NCBI RefSeq assembly: GCF_035594765.1 | Contig: NC_085843.1 | Location: 145,305,971 to 145,369,970, forward strand | Direction of reading: 5' to 3' | Length of the DNA: 64,000 nucleotides | DNA from: Anolis carolinensis | Taxonomy: Eukaryota | In this document: positions 23,604 through 35,774 of the stretch, one piece after another | Layout: the number at the start of each line of letters is the position of its first letter | Position numbering within the stretch: the stretch's first letter is position 1 | Translations under genes and position numbers: made by a program | Notes under the pieces: model-generated | What the model was told of the DNA's origin: nothing | Seen by the model: only the letters and a program-made list of their open reading frames with translations | The model's database searches: none

Positions 23604-25199
23604 TAAGATAAAGGAAAACGAATTTTATGATCAAATTCTTATTGGCACACATGTGTGTACATATTTGTGTATATATGATGGCTGAGTTGTATAATAATTA
23701 GTGGATGTCCATTGCTGTAAGATATAGAAGAATCCATCAGTCACTTTCTATCAAATTCCTCAGTTGCACATTTTAAAGCTCCCTTTTCCACTAAAATAAT
23801 TCAGAAACAGTTTATCTGGATAAGTTCCTATCAAAACTAAACAGTACAATCCTCATTTTCTTTGGTCAGTTCAATAGGTACACTGTTTCCAATATAGATA
23901 TGATCATGGCTTTCCTATTTGCTATATAACTGATTAACATGAGAACCATACCAGAAAAAAGTGGCTACTCTAGTACCATAAACCTGTTGCATAAACAGGG
24001 ATTCAAAGCCAGGTTTTAAAGAGCTAAGAGCAAACAAAGATTTTGTCATGGACAAATCTATCAATTTCATATGTTGACCATCCATGAAATGAGAACAAAC
24101 ATGTAGACCTGGGTTGAAAAGAGGTCACTTTATTTTATCTAGATTTTATGTAAACTAAGTTAAGCCAGGAAAAAAAGGGGGGAGCAACCTAGCATGGGAT
24201 CACATATTGACTTCCTCCTCAGCCTTTTTCTGGGTTAATTACTTGAGCCATGGTAGCAATCCAGTAGCTGAATTTTTCTTTGGCCATCTACTCGAAGAAT
24301 CTCACCATCAATTTGCAGGACTTAAGTGAAAGCATTATGCCCAGGTCAGCCCTAAAAATTATCTTGTTCCCTATTTCCTAGATCTCACAACTTAAAGAGA
24401 TAGTTGTAGAGCCCTCCCTGTCACAGGTTGGTCCTTTTCCCTTAAAAGAGGAGCTACAAAAATTTTGGCTTCCATGGTGACAGCAGTCCCTTTGCCATGT
24501 GGGTCAATAAAGCTCTGTCAAATAAACAAAGCATTCAGGCTTGTAAATTTACTTACAAAAGATCTTTTACTCCAGCTTCCTCACAGCAAGATTGAAAGGC
24601 ATCTCTTCCCATCCTTCTCCTCCTCCTTTCTGTCTCCTCATTTTCCTTTTCAATATTCACCCACCTCCCTCACAATCGCTCAGCTGATCATCATTGACAT
24701 GTTTCAAGCCTTGGCTTGCATATCTCTCCACTGAAGTAAGGGAGTATGTTTTCTTTCACTTAAGGGTAGTTCTCACCTCACTTTACTGCCAAAGTGTTAG
24801 CCTCCCAGCTGAAAAACTAAGATGTGATGAGTAGATCCATTGCACACACACTCACACCCCAAACAACAGAGGCAATAAACCATGCTTCCAAAGTCCAAGC
24901 TAAGCATCAAAATGATCATGTTGAGCTTGATGTGGCTGCAGATCATGACCCATCCCCTTACCAAACAAAACATAGAGTATGGAAAATACAATAACATTAG
25001 AAAAAATGAAGTGTCTTGTATGTAACGGGATCTCTCACACCCAGTATTCTGGAGCCAGACGCATGTTGAAAATAATACATGGTTTTACTGAACTCAATGC
25101 TAGTGTGGGTAGAAGAGGTAAATTGATACTCTGTAAGTGTTCTGAGTAAAACATTTATCTAGCACCTTGCACAGGGCAGATATAAAGACAAACTACAAC

Positions 25200-25720
25200 A
25201 TCTGCCATTGCTAATCGGTGTGAATTTGCATTTGCATTTCAAATTAATCAGCAAGAGCTGTTTCTTTTCTCCTCCCCAAATCGGTCTATCTGGATTGTAC
25301 AGCATAACCTGCATTGTTCTGTGGAAGAACGCACACGGCTTTTCACTAAAGTTTTAAGCTGTTGTCACTGTTGCTTTTTTTCCATTTCTCTTCTCATGGC
25401 ACAGCAGAGCTGGGTGATTGACGCAACCAATAGTGACATATCACAATAGAATATGTTTGCTCCAAGGGGAACAGTAACAAAAGCTGCCTGTCAACAAGGC
25501 GTGATCAAAGTATCCAGTTTCTCCTGAGTTTTGTTTCTGAAAATAAACAGGGAGAAAATGAAAATTAAATATTTTAGACTTACCAGTCTCCATTTGCATA
25601 AACAAAAGAGGAAAAAACTCCTTTTGAATGATGTCTGTTTGCCACAGCCCCAAGATAGAGAATTACATATGTGGCCTTTCATTGTACATTCCATGTGACA
25701 TACATAATGCCAAATAGTTA
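25200..25720. promoter_or_regulatory. Candidate enhancer / conserved non-coding element
   Basis: Repeat-free. Octamer ATTTGCAT at 25224, 25230 and 25592 (the last followed by Sox-like AACAAAAG); TGATTGAC at 25415; CCAAT at 25427; ATCAAAG; CATTGT. Confidence 0.3.
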
Positions 25721-26048
25721 ATTATAAATTATCTCTATTCTTACCTCACATATGAAATACCTGCCTTATTTAATTATCTTTTTTTCTTAGATACTAAGCA
25801 GATAAACAAAACCCCAGAAGCACAAGACTATAGGGAAAAAAGAAGTCAAGGACAATATAACAGATGTTTTTTAGAGATTACAGGAACAACAAGCACATTT
25901 TATTTTTAGTGGAATAATGTTTAGAAGCACCCATGACTCATTTTATTTTACTGTTATGGGAATGGCATGGTTGTCACTTCAGTGACATTTCAAAAGTCAT
26001 ATTGGTAACTGACCTAGTCAGAGCTTTGGCTTCTTCATCTACTTGGGA

Positions 26049-26238
26049 ACAGAGTCGGTTGTCCACATCCACAGATCCCATCATCCACAGCTTAAAAATC
26101 TAGAAAGAAATTATGGATTTTGCCACTTTATGACAGGAACACCATTTACTGTGCCTTTGGAACTTGAGCATTCAGTAATTTAGGTATACCAAGGAGGTCC
26201 TGAAACCTAATCACAGCAGATATGAATGCCCAACTGTA
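26049..26238. mobile_element. Old Tc1/mariner (Tigger-like) MITE
   Basis: CAG..TCCACATCCACAGAT.. start and ..GCAGATATGAATGCCCAACTG-TA end. Confidence 0.4.
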
Positions 26239-27193
26239 TTTGTTTCCTTATTTATAATGTGTTTATCTTGTATAAAATATAGACAGAGATGTAAAATTGG
26301 GTAATTTTATACACTAGGTACACAACTATACTACCAGCACTCACACCCCCCCCCCCCCCGTATTTTTTCTCTCTGTGGATGCTGCTGCAAAACATTTTAC
26401 AATGTGATATGCTTTGAAAATTGAAAGATTGTGATTAGTCTTGATTACATAATTGCATAACTACATAATTCTTCATTTGAAACTTGCTTGGATCTTACAC
26501 CATTCATATTGCAAAGGCCACTGTAGTATCTTAAGAGTAAAGTCTCTTGTGCATTATGATTTATTAATCTAGGGATTTAGGAGCCATGACGATGGGGTGA
26601 GGAACCCCACATCAGCACAAGGCTCCTCATAATTTGGCCTGAGACATGTGTTGTTTGTGTACCTGATTCTTCTCCATGGTTTTGCCAGGATCCATTTTTT
26701 ACCTAGGATTTGACAGGTTTGCTTTAGAATGCACTTCCTGGTCTATCTTTTGAAAGCACTTATTTTGTACACCTGAATTCTTACAGTGATGGATGGTAGA
26801 AGATATAGCTGGGGCAAAAAAGTGCACATTTGAAAAGGACACACACTTCAAATGTTTGCAAATGTTGCTTCAATGTGCTTCTGTTGATGGAGGAGGTATG
26901 TTCAAACACATGCTGGGGGGGGGGATAAAACAAAGGATGATTCATATCACATACATATACAACCCACACAAAAGCATGGGTCAAACCTGGGAGTGGATAT
27001 GGGAGGAATTCCACAGATGTGCACTTTAAATTATGTACATATTCCTAATTCATGCACAGAGCTGGCTCTAAAAAAGCAGATGCATGGAATCAAAATACTG
27101 TAGGCAAAGTCTGTGAGCCACATTTCTCATTCCATATCCCCAAAGCTAGCCTATAGTCTTCAAGCACAATAGACGATGATGTTCCTGAAGTTA

Positions 27194-27448
27194 GGCTTTA
27201 AACAACAGGAAAGGAGATTCAACCTGAACATTAGGAAGAACTTCCTCACTGGGAGAGCTGTTTGGCACTGGAACTCTCTGCCCCGGAGTGTGGTGGAATC
27301 TCCTTCTTTGGAGGCTTTTAAGCAGAATCTGGATGGCCATCTGTCAGGGGTGCTTTGAATGCGATTTCCTGCTTCTCGGTAGGGGGTTGGACGGAATGGC
27401 CCATAAGGTCTCTTCCAACTCTATGATTCTATGATTCTATGATTCTAA
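27194..27448 (+). mobile_element. CR1 LINE 3' end
   Basis: GFKQQERRFNLNIRKNFLT.RAV..WNSLPRSVVESPSLEAFKQ.LDGHLSG; (ATTCTATG)n tail. Confidence 0.9.
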
Positions 27449-28952
27449 TGCTTAGTTTCCAGCTTAAATACATGAAATGGAAAGGAATACCACCTTCTCT
27501 TTGCACCAAAATCTTGAGGTAATCCTGATTATTTCTTACTCCACAATTAACCACAAAAGAGAAAGAAGTGTTCTCTGCTTGAACCAAAATATTTGCCCCA
27601 TAGCCTGCACCATTAAAAATCCATGCCAAAAAGATATTCTGCCACCAGATTTAACTCTGCTGTCTGTTTTCACGAATAAAAAAGAAGTCCAGTGCTGTCC
27701 CACAGTGCAATGGGAGAGGTCAGCAGGTAGCTAATCCAAAATATTTTTCTTCCTGCCCTGCTGTATTGTGTTAAAACGCTGATAACACTAATAAAGTGTG
27801 ATTTAATACCTTGCCAGTAATGGGGTCAGTCAGAGTGCTTCTTATCCTGCTTGCCCACAGGTGAATTTGGGGAGATATAAAAGGGTGAAATGCAGGTCTG
27901 GAAGAAATTAGATAGAAGGGAATGTAAGTTTACTTTATAGGGCTTGTGTAACTATATCACAAGCTGCCTTTATTTTGATAGAGTTTAACTCTTTTGCCAC
28001 AGACAATCCCTTCTTGCTTTGAAAATGAAGAGTAATAAAAGAAAAATGTCCCACTTTTGACTATTCCAGATTAGAAGTGTACTGATATGACTAAATCAGT
28101 CAAATCTGTTCATTCATAGCCTGTAAGCTGCCATGCATTTGCTTTCTAGAGTCAGTCCTGTTAGAAAGGTTTATTTAGTTAGTTGCTTCTCAGCACACCT
28201 CTTCCTAAAAAGTCCTTAGGATAATGTGCAACAAACTTTAAAAAATGTGGGAGTGGCTCCAGTGTCAATGTGGTGGTAAACCCATTCCAGAGGTCATTCT
28301 GAACTTTAAAGGAACTGAGATAGTAAACTTACTTGGCAAAGTACTAGTTAAAAACATTCAGAGGTGTTTTTTGAATTTTGAGAAACCAGAGGAATCCTGG
28401 ACTGGCAGGATTCTTCATAGTTTGGAATCTAGTATCTGCAAAATTTGCACATGACTGTTTTGCACAGAAAATTGCATATTCAGCACAAAAATTACTATCT
28501 AACTGCACAAATATAATTTATTGTGCAGAAAATGCTACTTACTAATGATGTTTACCATACAAATTTTACTCAGGGTTTGATCTGAATAGAAAACAGCATT
28601 TTCTGCTCAAGGAATAATATGGTTTGCATACAACATCTTTCTTTGCAGGAAATAACATTTCTGCATTGAAATATTATTTTGTTTCTATGCAAAACAATAA
28701 TATGTAATATTTTGCACAGAATAAGTACTGAATTACATACAACCTATGAAAATGTAATGGGTTTTGAAGACTTTCTTTTATTGGGAAAATTATTGAAATG
28801 ACTCTTTTCTACCTTTGAGAAGAAGCATAGTTTGTTTGTTTCAGAAAATCTATATCTAAGCCTTATAGTGTTTCACAGCTCTTTAAATTGTGCTTGGAAA
28901 AAATGGCAGTCAGTGAAGCTATTTTATCAATAGACTTCTATGCTCCCTGTAA

Positions 28953-29100
28953 GGATCTTTCCACACAGCAATATGAAATCCCACATTACCTGCTTTGAAC
29001 TGGATTACATGACAGTGTGGACTCAGATAACCCAGTTTAAAACAGATATTATGGAGTCTCTGGCTTGATATTCTGGGTTATATGGCTGTGTGGAAAAGCC
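28953..29100. mobile_element. PIF/Harbinger-like MITE
   Basis: TIRs GGATCTTTCCACACAGC / GCTGTGTGGAAAAGCC; flanks TAA/TGA. Confidence 0.7.
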
Positions 29101-29104
29101 TGAA

Positions 29105-29480
29105 GTCTCCCAGTCATTATTCCAGGCACAACACTTTGGACCCACTGAAGTTACCAAACATTTTTCAAAGGCAGCCACATATAAAATGTCCTATAATCAT
29201 CCAAATGGAATGTAGTCAAGGCAAGTGTACCAGATCTGACATTTCATAGGCTGTAACTGCTGCATTGCTCTTAGTTTGTAATGCACTCCTAGATACCACG
29301 GAAACTTTGGCATCCAGTCTCAGAACTGAGTCGAGGAGAACAGTCAGTTGAAAATTCAACCCCTTAAATCACTTTTGGGTGAACAGGAACACCTCTGTCT
29401 TGTCAGTATATAAGTTTAATTTTGGTGTCCTCATCCCAAGTAAGCAACATTGGTTAAGCGCTGAGATAGCTTTCTCAGAA
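29105..29480 (-). mobile_element. L2 ORF2 fragment, old
   Basis: Minus strand LNQCCL..M...KLNLYTDKTEVFL, an L2 RT C-terminal motif. Confidence 0.55.
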
Positions 29481-29496
29481 TGTCTAAGATGTAGCA

Positions 29497-29534
<38 letters not shown>

Positions 29535-30215
29535 TAAATTTGTACCCCACCTTTCTCCCTGTGGGACTCAAGATGGCTAACAATCCCACTCTTAGTCAAG
29601 TTTAAAAAGTGCTATACAAAAGTTTTTAAAAAATTAAATAGTAAAAGGTAAAGGTTTTCCCCTGACAATAAGTCCAGTCGTGACCGACTCTGGGGGTTGG
29701 TGCTCATCTCCATTTCTAAGCCAAAGAGCCGGCATTGTCAGTAGACACCTCCAAGGTCAGGTGGCCGGCATGACTGCATGGAGCGCCGTTACCTTCCCGA
29801 CGGAGCGGTACCTATTGATCTACTCACATTTGCATGTTTTTGAACTGCTTGGTTGGCAGGAGCTGGGGCTACCAGCGGGCGCTGATTCCGCTCCCAGGAT
29901 TTGAACCTGGCACCGTTTTGTCCACAAGTTCAGCAGCTCAGCGCTTTAACATGCTGCACCACCAGGGGCCCTCTAATTAAATAGTAGCACTGTGGTAAAA
30001 ACAGATTAAAATTCAAAAAATACACTTAAAGAAGCCTTTAAAATTCACAGCCCCCTCCCATCCCACTTCCCCAATGCCTGCTCCTTAGACTTCCCTTAAT
30101 GCCTGTTGACAGAAGAAGGTCTTTGACCTATCTGTGGAAGGCCAGTAGGGATGAGGCCATCCTGAACTTTTTTGGGAGGAAGATCTACAGTCTGGGAGAC
30201 GCCACCAGAAAGGCT
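29497..30215 (-). mobile_element. L2 3' end hosting a Sauria SINE
   Basis: (AAT)n tail 29497-29532; TACCCCACCTTTCTCCC..GGGACTCAAG terminal hairpin; ORF2 end near 30100-30215. Confidence 0.75.
29644..29974 (-). mobile_element. Sauria SINE, full length
   Basis: tRNA-like head GGGCCCCTGGTGG on minus; ACCTTT tail; 12-bp TSD AATTAAATAGTA at 29632-29643 and 29975-29986. Confidence 0.95.
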
Positions 30216-30528
30216 GAAAACAACAACAAAAGAATTACAACTAAAGAAATATCAGAGAACTTTTAAAAAAGATAATAGACCAAGGAAAGAGTTTAAATAT
30301 AAAAGCCTCAGCCTTTTGTAATCACAAATATACTACCTCCACATATGGAAGTTTCCATTCAATAGATATCCATGTAAGACTTATCTGCCATAAATAACTG
30401 TGACCCTTTTTGGAAGGCATATATATTAGTGCATATATTTACTTATACTGTATAGTAGCCAATTCCATATTCTTAAAATCTGTTTTTAAGAATTATTACA
30501 TCAATTCTTCAATGGATTTCAGGATTTT

Positions 30529-30833
30529 TTTAAAAATATTTTTATTGAAACAAAATAATAAAATTTTAAGTACATAAAAAGTGGGAGAACAATTGGATAA
30601 AGAAAAGTAGGAAAATAGGAGAGTAGAGAAAAAGAAAAAATGAGAGAGAAAAAGGGGGAAGGGGAAAATGGGGTAAGGGAGGGGAATCAAGGGGAAGGGG
30701 AAATAGGCAGAAAAATGTTTGTAACTTCCATTCTTCTTCCTTCCGTTCCATTCTTTTTGCATTCTGAGAATAAAAATGGTAATAAAAAAGAAAAAAAACC
30801 ATATAAAAATTATTTCTTTCCTTTTCATGGCCT
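30529..30833 (-). mobile_element. L1-type insertion (5'-truncated 3' UTR)
   Basis: 16-bp TSD TGGATTTCAGGATTTT at 30513-30528 and 30834-30849; minus-strand AATAAA plus A-rich tail; pyrimidine-rich UTR. Confidence 0.7.
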
Positions 30834-33053
30834 TGGATTTCAGGATTTTAGAGCTAGTATAGTGTAGTGATGTGAGCATTGGACTATGGCTCTGGAGGAC
30901 AGGTTTCCCAGCTCAGCCATAGCTATCCACTATATGCTGTCACTCTCTTTCAGCATCTGAAGAAATTCTGTGATTGGGGCTTTCTGTTGCTGAGTAGAAT
31001 TCTTGGAAATGTAGTTTAGGGCAGGGTCTTTTGAATTCTTTGGCATAGGGCTCCTCACCTTCCCAAACTACATTTCCCAGAGTTATGTGCTTTCTTTCCC
31101 AGTGAACACTGCTCCCTACTTTCCCTCTCCTAATGGCAAGAGGCCATTAATTTAAAGAGGAAAGGCAGCTTTTTCAATGAATTTGACATGACTTCAAGGC
31201 TTAATGAAAAAAATGCACACCTCTAATACATACTATAACATGGATTATCCTTGCTATTGCATTTAATGATATATATCTACTCTTGAAGATCTAGTCTAGC
31301 TCCTTTATAGTTGCCCTTCCAAGTCCTATTCATCTGATTTCTTGATTACAGCTTATTAATAACTCATAAATTTCTTAAAGACAGCAAATTCTATCTTGGA
31401 AGGTAAACAGTGTCAACTTAGCACACCTGGAAGGGAAACTTCAATGATTACCAACTGATGTAGCCTATGTTTCAGATTGAAATGACAAATCCCCTCCAAT
31501 TCTATCTTTGCCTAAGAAAATTCCATAAAATTCAGGAAAAAAAAACCATAACTTGACAGGTAAGTTGAAGGCACACACATGCACACATTCACATGATGCA
31601 AAAAGAAAAAAAAACTTTCTGACAAATAAAAAATTGGAAGGGAGCACCATAAACAGGTTTGGATAGTAATTTCTGGTGACTGAAATTACTACCAGCATAG
31701 CAGTAATGTGCAGAGAAGATGATCTTGTTAAATGTTATCTATTCAAAACATGCCATCCATAAAATCTATTTTCAAATCACAGAAAAAAATGTAATTATCT
31801 TAGTACAAGATTTTATCAAAAATCTATATTAACAAATAGCAATAAAAACATTCCTGGCTGCAATGACTACAGCAGTTACAATCAGTTTGGAAAATAGCCA
31901 ACATTACTGAATGCTATAAGGCTCTTTCTGAATAAATTGACTTGACACAACCATCTAAAGGCCAGGAGAGAGGCATAAAACAGCCTCTCCTGTAGAATAC
32001 CACACTGAAGTCCAGAGGCTCCTATAAAAAAAATCTGCCTTTCTGCAGATACCTTCACTCCCATAAATATATATGTATCCTCCATGTTGTTGCTGTTGTT
32101 TTAAAGATTGTCATTAAATATAACAGCATAGCCAGAGATAAAGAGGCCAGCCAAGGGCAGGGCATGGCAATGAAAAACTATTGCTAAGAATCTCAGAAAG
32201 ATAGGATTTTCCAGAGCATCACAAACTCATTATAATAGTTTCCAAAGATCTCCACAGGTTTTTTCTCTCCTTCATTGTCCTTATCTCTTCATATGTCACT
32301 GTCAGTGACCTATCTTTCTCCAGCTTTGCAGTTGCCAAAAGCTATCCTGATCTCTCAAGCAATTGTTTTTCTTCCTATATTCCATCCTAAATGTGTGTCT
32401 CTTGCATAAAATCATTGAATCAAGTACTGTAGACCCTGTAATCTAAGTAAGGAGTCTACATCATCCACTATCCCATGTTAAGAATTCCCCTGTATTTTAT
32501 TTATTTAAATTCTTTAAAAAAATTGGTACCAAAATGTAAGCGCCTATAACTGCAGGTCTGGTATACATTCCCTCAAGTTTGGAGCACATTTGACCACCAG
32601 AACAATTCTGAATGCAAACTTTGCACTACTAATGGAAACTTCATTTTCCCCTTTCCTTTTTCTTTTCCTTTCATGTTGTTGTCTAGCCACAGCACCCCCT
32701 CCCTAATTATTTGTGGACATTAACGAGACTTCATGCAAGATGTATGATTTTTCTCCTTTATTTTTAAACTGTTTTTGCTCTTTTGAAGTTCCACTATACT
32801 GAAGCCACTGGAGGGTCTGGGAGGCCCAAGGAGAAACTGTATCACATTGATGATAGGAATTGGCTTTTAGAGGATAAATAGTTTTTAAATTCATTTTTAT
32901 TAATGGTGATGCTATTGACTTATTTTGTTGTATCAAGTAATATGTGTTTATTGTCTGTATTATATTATTGACTGTGTTTGTTTGTTATAGGCCACCCCGA
33001 GTGCCTTTGAGGTGAGGGGGTGGGATATAAATAAAGTTTATTATTATTATTAC

Positions 33054-33093
<40 letters not shown>

Positions 33094-33538
33094 CCAAACT
33101 ATGTTAAATCCAAGCCCTTTAATAAATGTACTAAATGATATTTTCTGTGTAATTAATTGTGTACTGTATCTATTCTTAAAGATATAAAAGTATATGAAGT
33201 GTACTTTGAAAGCATCCACTCCCTCAATGCCCCCTATTTATATAAGTTTATGAGAATTGAGATTGCTGAACTATTAGCAAGGTCCTTCCAGTAATTTCCC
33301 AGACTTGATAAGACAAATTGCTTTCTGCATGTATGAAAGACAGATGATCACCAAGGGTGTATTTAAATTGTTTTCCCATTTAAACGTGACTGGAAGCTTA
33401 TAGTTCCCACAGAAGATAAGTCTAAGACAAAGATTAATATATTAGCCTTCTGAAAGGGCGGCCAATCCTCTGGTTACCAAAAATTGCCACCTTTTGTTTT
33501 CCAGGTCTTGCAACTTTTTCTTCCCAGAACTGGATATG

Positions 33539-35320
33539 TGTTGCACCCCAAGACAGCGCGAGCACCCAAAAACCAGGCAGGGACCAATATAACACACAAG
33601 CTGTTTATTGAAGCAGAGTATATATATGTCTATGCGCATTTAAGGTGGAAAGTCAGAGTAAGAAATAGTCCATAATATATAGTCTATTGCAATTCAGAAA
33701 GAGTTCATCAATGTCCAATTTGTAATCCACAAGTGGAGCTCGATAGCTTCCTTTAAGAAATCAAAGTTTGTCCATGAAACAATAGCAGGAACAAAGCGCT
33801 GCAAATCCATTTGAAAAGTCCAGTAGCAAAAACAAGGAAACAAGGTAAACAAGGCAGAGTCGATCTCAATTCAGGAACAAGGAAGTCACTGTAACAAGGC
33901 AAGGTCTACTCAGGAGTCGTGGCTTGACGCGGCTCACCTGGAACTGGGAACTCGGCACAGATTCAGGAGACAAGGCAAGGAGCTGGAAATTGGAACCTCT
34001 TCCGAGGAAAGGCAAAGTTGACACTGCAATGAGAATAGTGTGAGGAGTACTTTTAACAGAATCCCAAGTCTGCAAGAATTAGGGAGTACAGGGCTGTCAG
34101 GACCCAGGCTGCAGAGCACCAATAACCATGCGCAGAGACCAGAATCTATCTAATATCTTTATTAAGGAAATATATAAAGTCAATAAAAACAAGTGAAGAG
34201 TATAGTTCAGAAGCAGACCTTTCAGATGAGGTCAAATATAGTCCAGGAAAATAATGTCCAATATAAGATATTAGAGTTCAAAGTTATAATCCACTTGACC
34301 GAAACACACACTTTGCCAAGCAAAGTGTGGGGAAATGACAGGGTCTCTAAAGTCCAAGGTAGCTTGACAACAAGGCTGGAAAATAGGCTTGAATCTTGGC
34401 TAGATCAAACTTGAAACAAGGCAAACATGAAACAAGGACTGAGTCCATAGAAGTCCGTGAAACAAGGCAAGGCTGGAATCTTGATCCGTGAAACAAGGCT
34501 AGGTTGAAACTTGATCCGTGAAACAGGGAACTGGGTACGAAGTCTACACACGATCTCTCGCCTCAAGCTGAACAAATTGACTCCGCAAGGTTCCCCTTGC
34601 GGCAAAACCCCTATATAGAGTCTTGTTTTCCCGCCAATAGAACACTTTCCCTGGAGAACAAGAAGTGAAACCCAAACTGTGTCCAGATGCATGACTCCTT
34701 AGAATTTCCCAAGGGAAGCAGACCTAATCAGCTAATTGTCTGGCAGCGATTCTGAGGCTCCGGCGATTAGCCTCCCTCGCCCCTCTATCTCTATTATAAT
34801 TGTCCTTTCGGGAAAACGGGGGAGAATTCTGCCCAAGGCTTGTTTGGTTAACTTCCTGAGGACAAACATCCTCCAGGTGGCGAGGCTCCGATTCAAGCTG
34901 AACCGGTGGAAATCCCAAATTTTCCTCCTCATCTGCCACAATAGCACTAGGAACGGGACTACAAGGCCCATGAGACATCACAAGGGCCCACAAAGTCTCA
35001 TGGGAAAATTAATATTATCCAATTTGAGAGGGAGTCTCTTACTTCTTCTCACTCCTTGTTTCTTGCTCCTATCGTTTGTAACAAAATCTCTCTGATTAAA
35101 AGTTCCATTATTCCCCAAGTCTGTACCATCTGGTATGGGTAACACTGGAGAGATTTTGGAATGTTCGTCAATTAGCGGATCCTGTGATTCCACCATATCC
35201 AGCACCTGCAAGGCCATGGGGCCGGGAACTGAAGTAGGAATGTCCTCGAATTCCATCGCCTCATCTGTTTTTAATTCTAACTCTCGATGAAACCTGGGCT
35301 ATGATGGCTGAGCCACAACA
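33539..35320 (-). mobile_element. Solo LTR, family C (~889 bp after removing the nested LTR)
   Basis: TG...CA termini; perfect 5-bp TSD ATATG (33534-33538, 35321-35325); minus-strand AATAAA near 33604-33609. Confidence 0.9.
34095..34982 (-). mobile_element. Solo LTR, family A (888 bp), nested in the family C LTR
   Basis: TG...CA; 5-bp TSD AGGGC (34090-34094, 34983-34987); homologous to 1985-2852. Confidence 0.95.
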
Positions 35321-35392
35321 ATATGTAAATCAATATAAAGAATCATCTGCATACCCACGTAATCACCCTCTTCAGTTTTGTGCCCTCCATGG

Positions 35393-35774
35393 TGTTGTGT
35401 ACTCCTCTTCTGAGGAGGAGAAGGAGGTAGAATAGAAGGCCGAAGATGTAGGAATGGGGGATTTGAGGCCAAGTGTTGAGAAGGAAGAAGAGGGCAAAGA
35501 AAACATACTGCCGGTTCTTACATTCCAGGAATGCTGAAGGCCAAAAGAAGAAGGAGGGCAGTAGATTGGCTGCAAGGACACTGAGCAATCAGACTTTTTT
35601 CCAAATACTTTTGTTTCCTGTCTGATTTAAGACTTTTTGCTTTACTTTTGGAAATTACATTCTGTCCCCTTGCTGCTGTTTGTTACATTAACATCATTTT
35701 GCTGAAGTAAAGCTTTTTTTTTTTTAGTTACTTTAACCCTGTCTGTAAAGCTGTTCCTGGGGCAAAACAGGACA
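35393..35774 (+). mobile_element. Solo LTR, family D (382 bp)
   Basis: TGTTGTG...CAGGACA termini; perfect 5-bp TSD CATGG (35388-35392, 35775-35779); AGTAAA poly(A)-like signal near 35706. Confidence 0.85.

Noticed and set aside
25021-25200. TG..CA-bounded LTR-like stub
   Set aside because: Short, no TSD and no second copy.
30496-30879. Hydrophobic 127-aa ORF resembling a membrane protein
   Set aside because: It is the low-complexity 3' UTR of a TSD-bounded L1-type insertion.
1-35774. Minus-strand bias of LTRs implying a + strand host gene
   Set aside because: Too few independent insertions, and family D is on the + strand.
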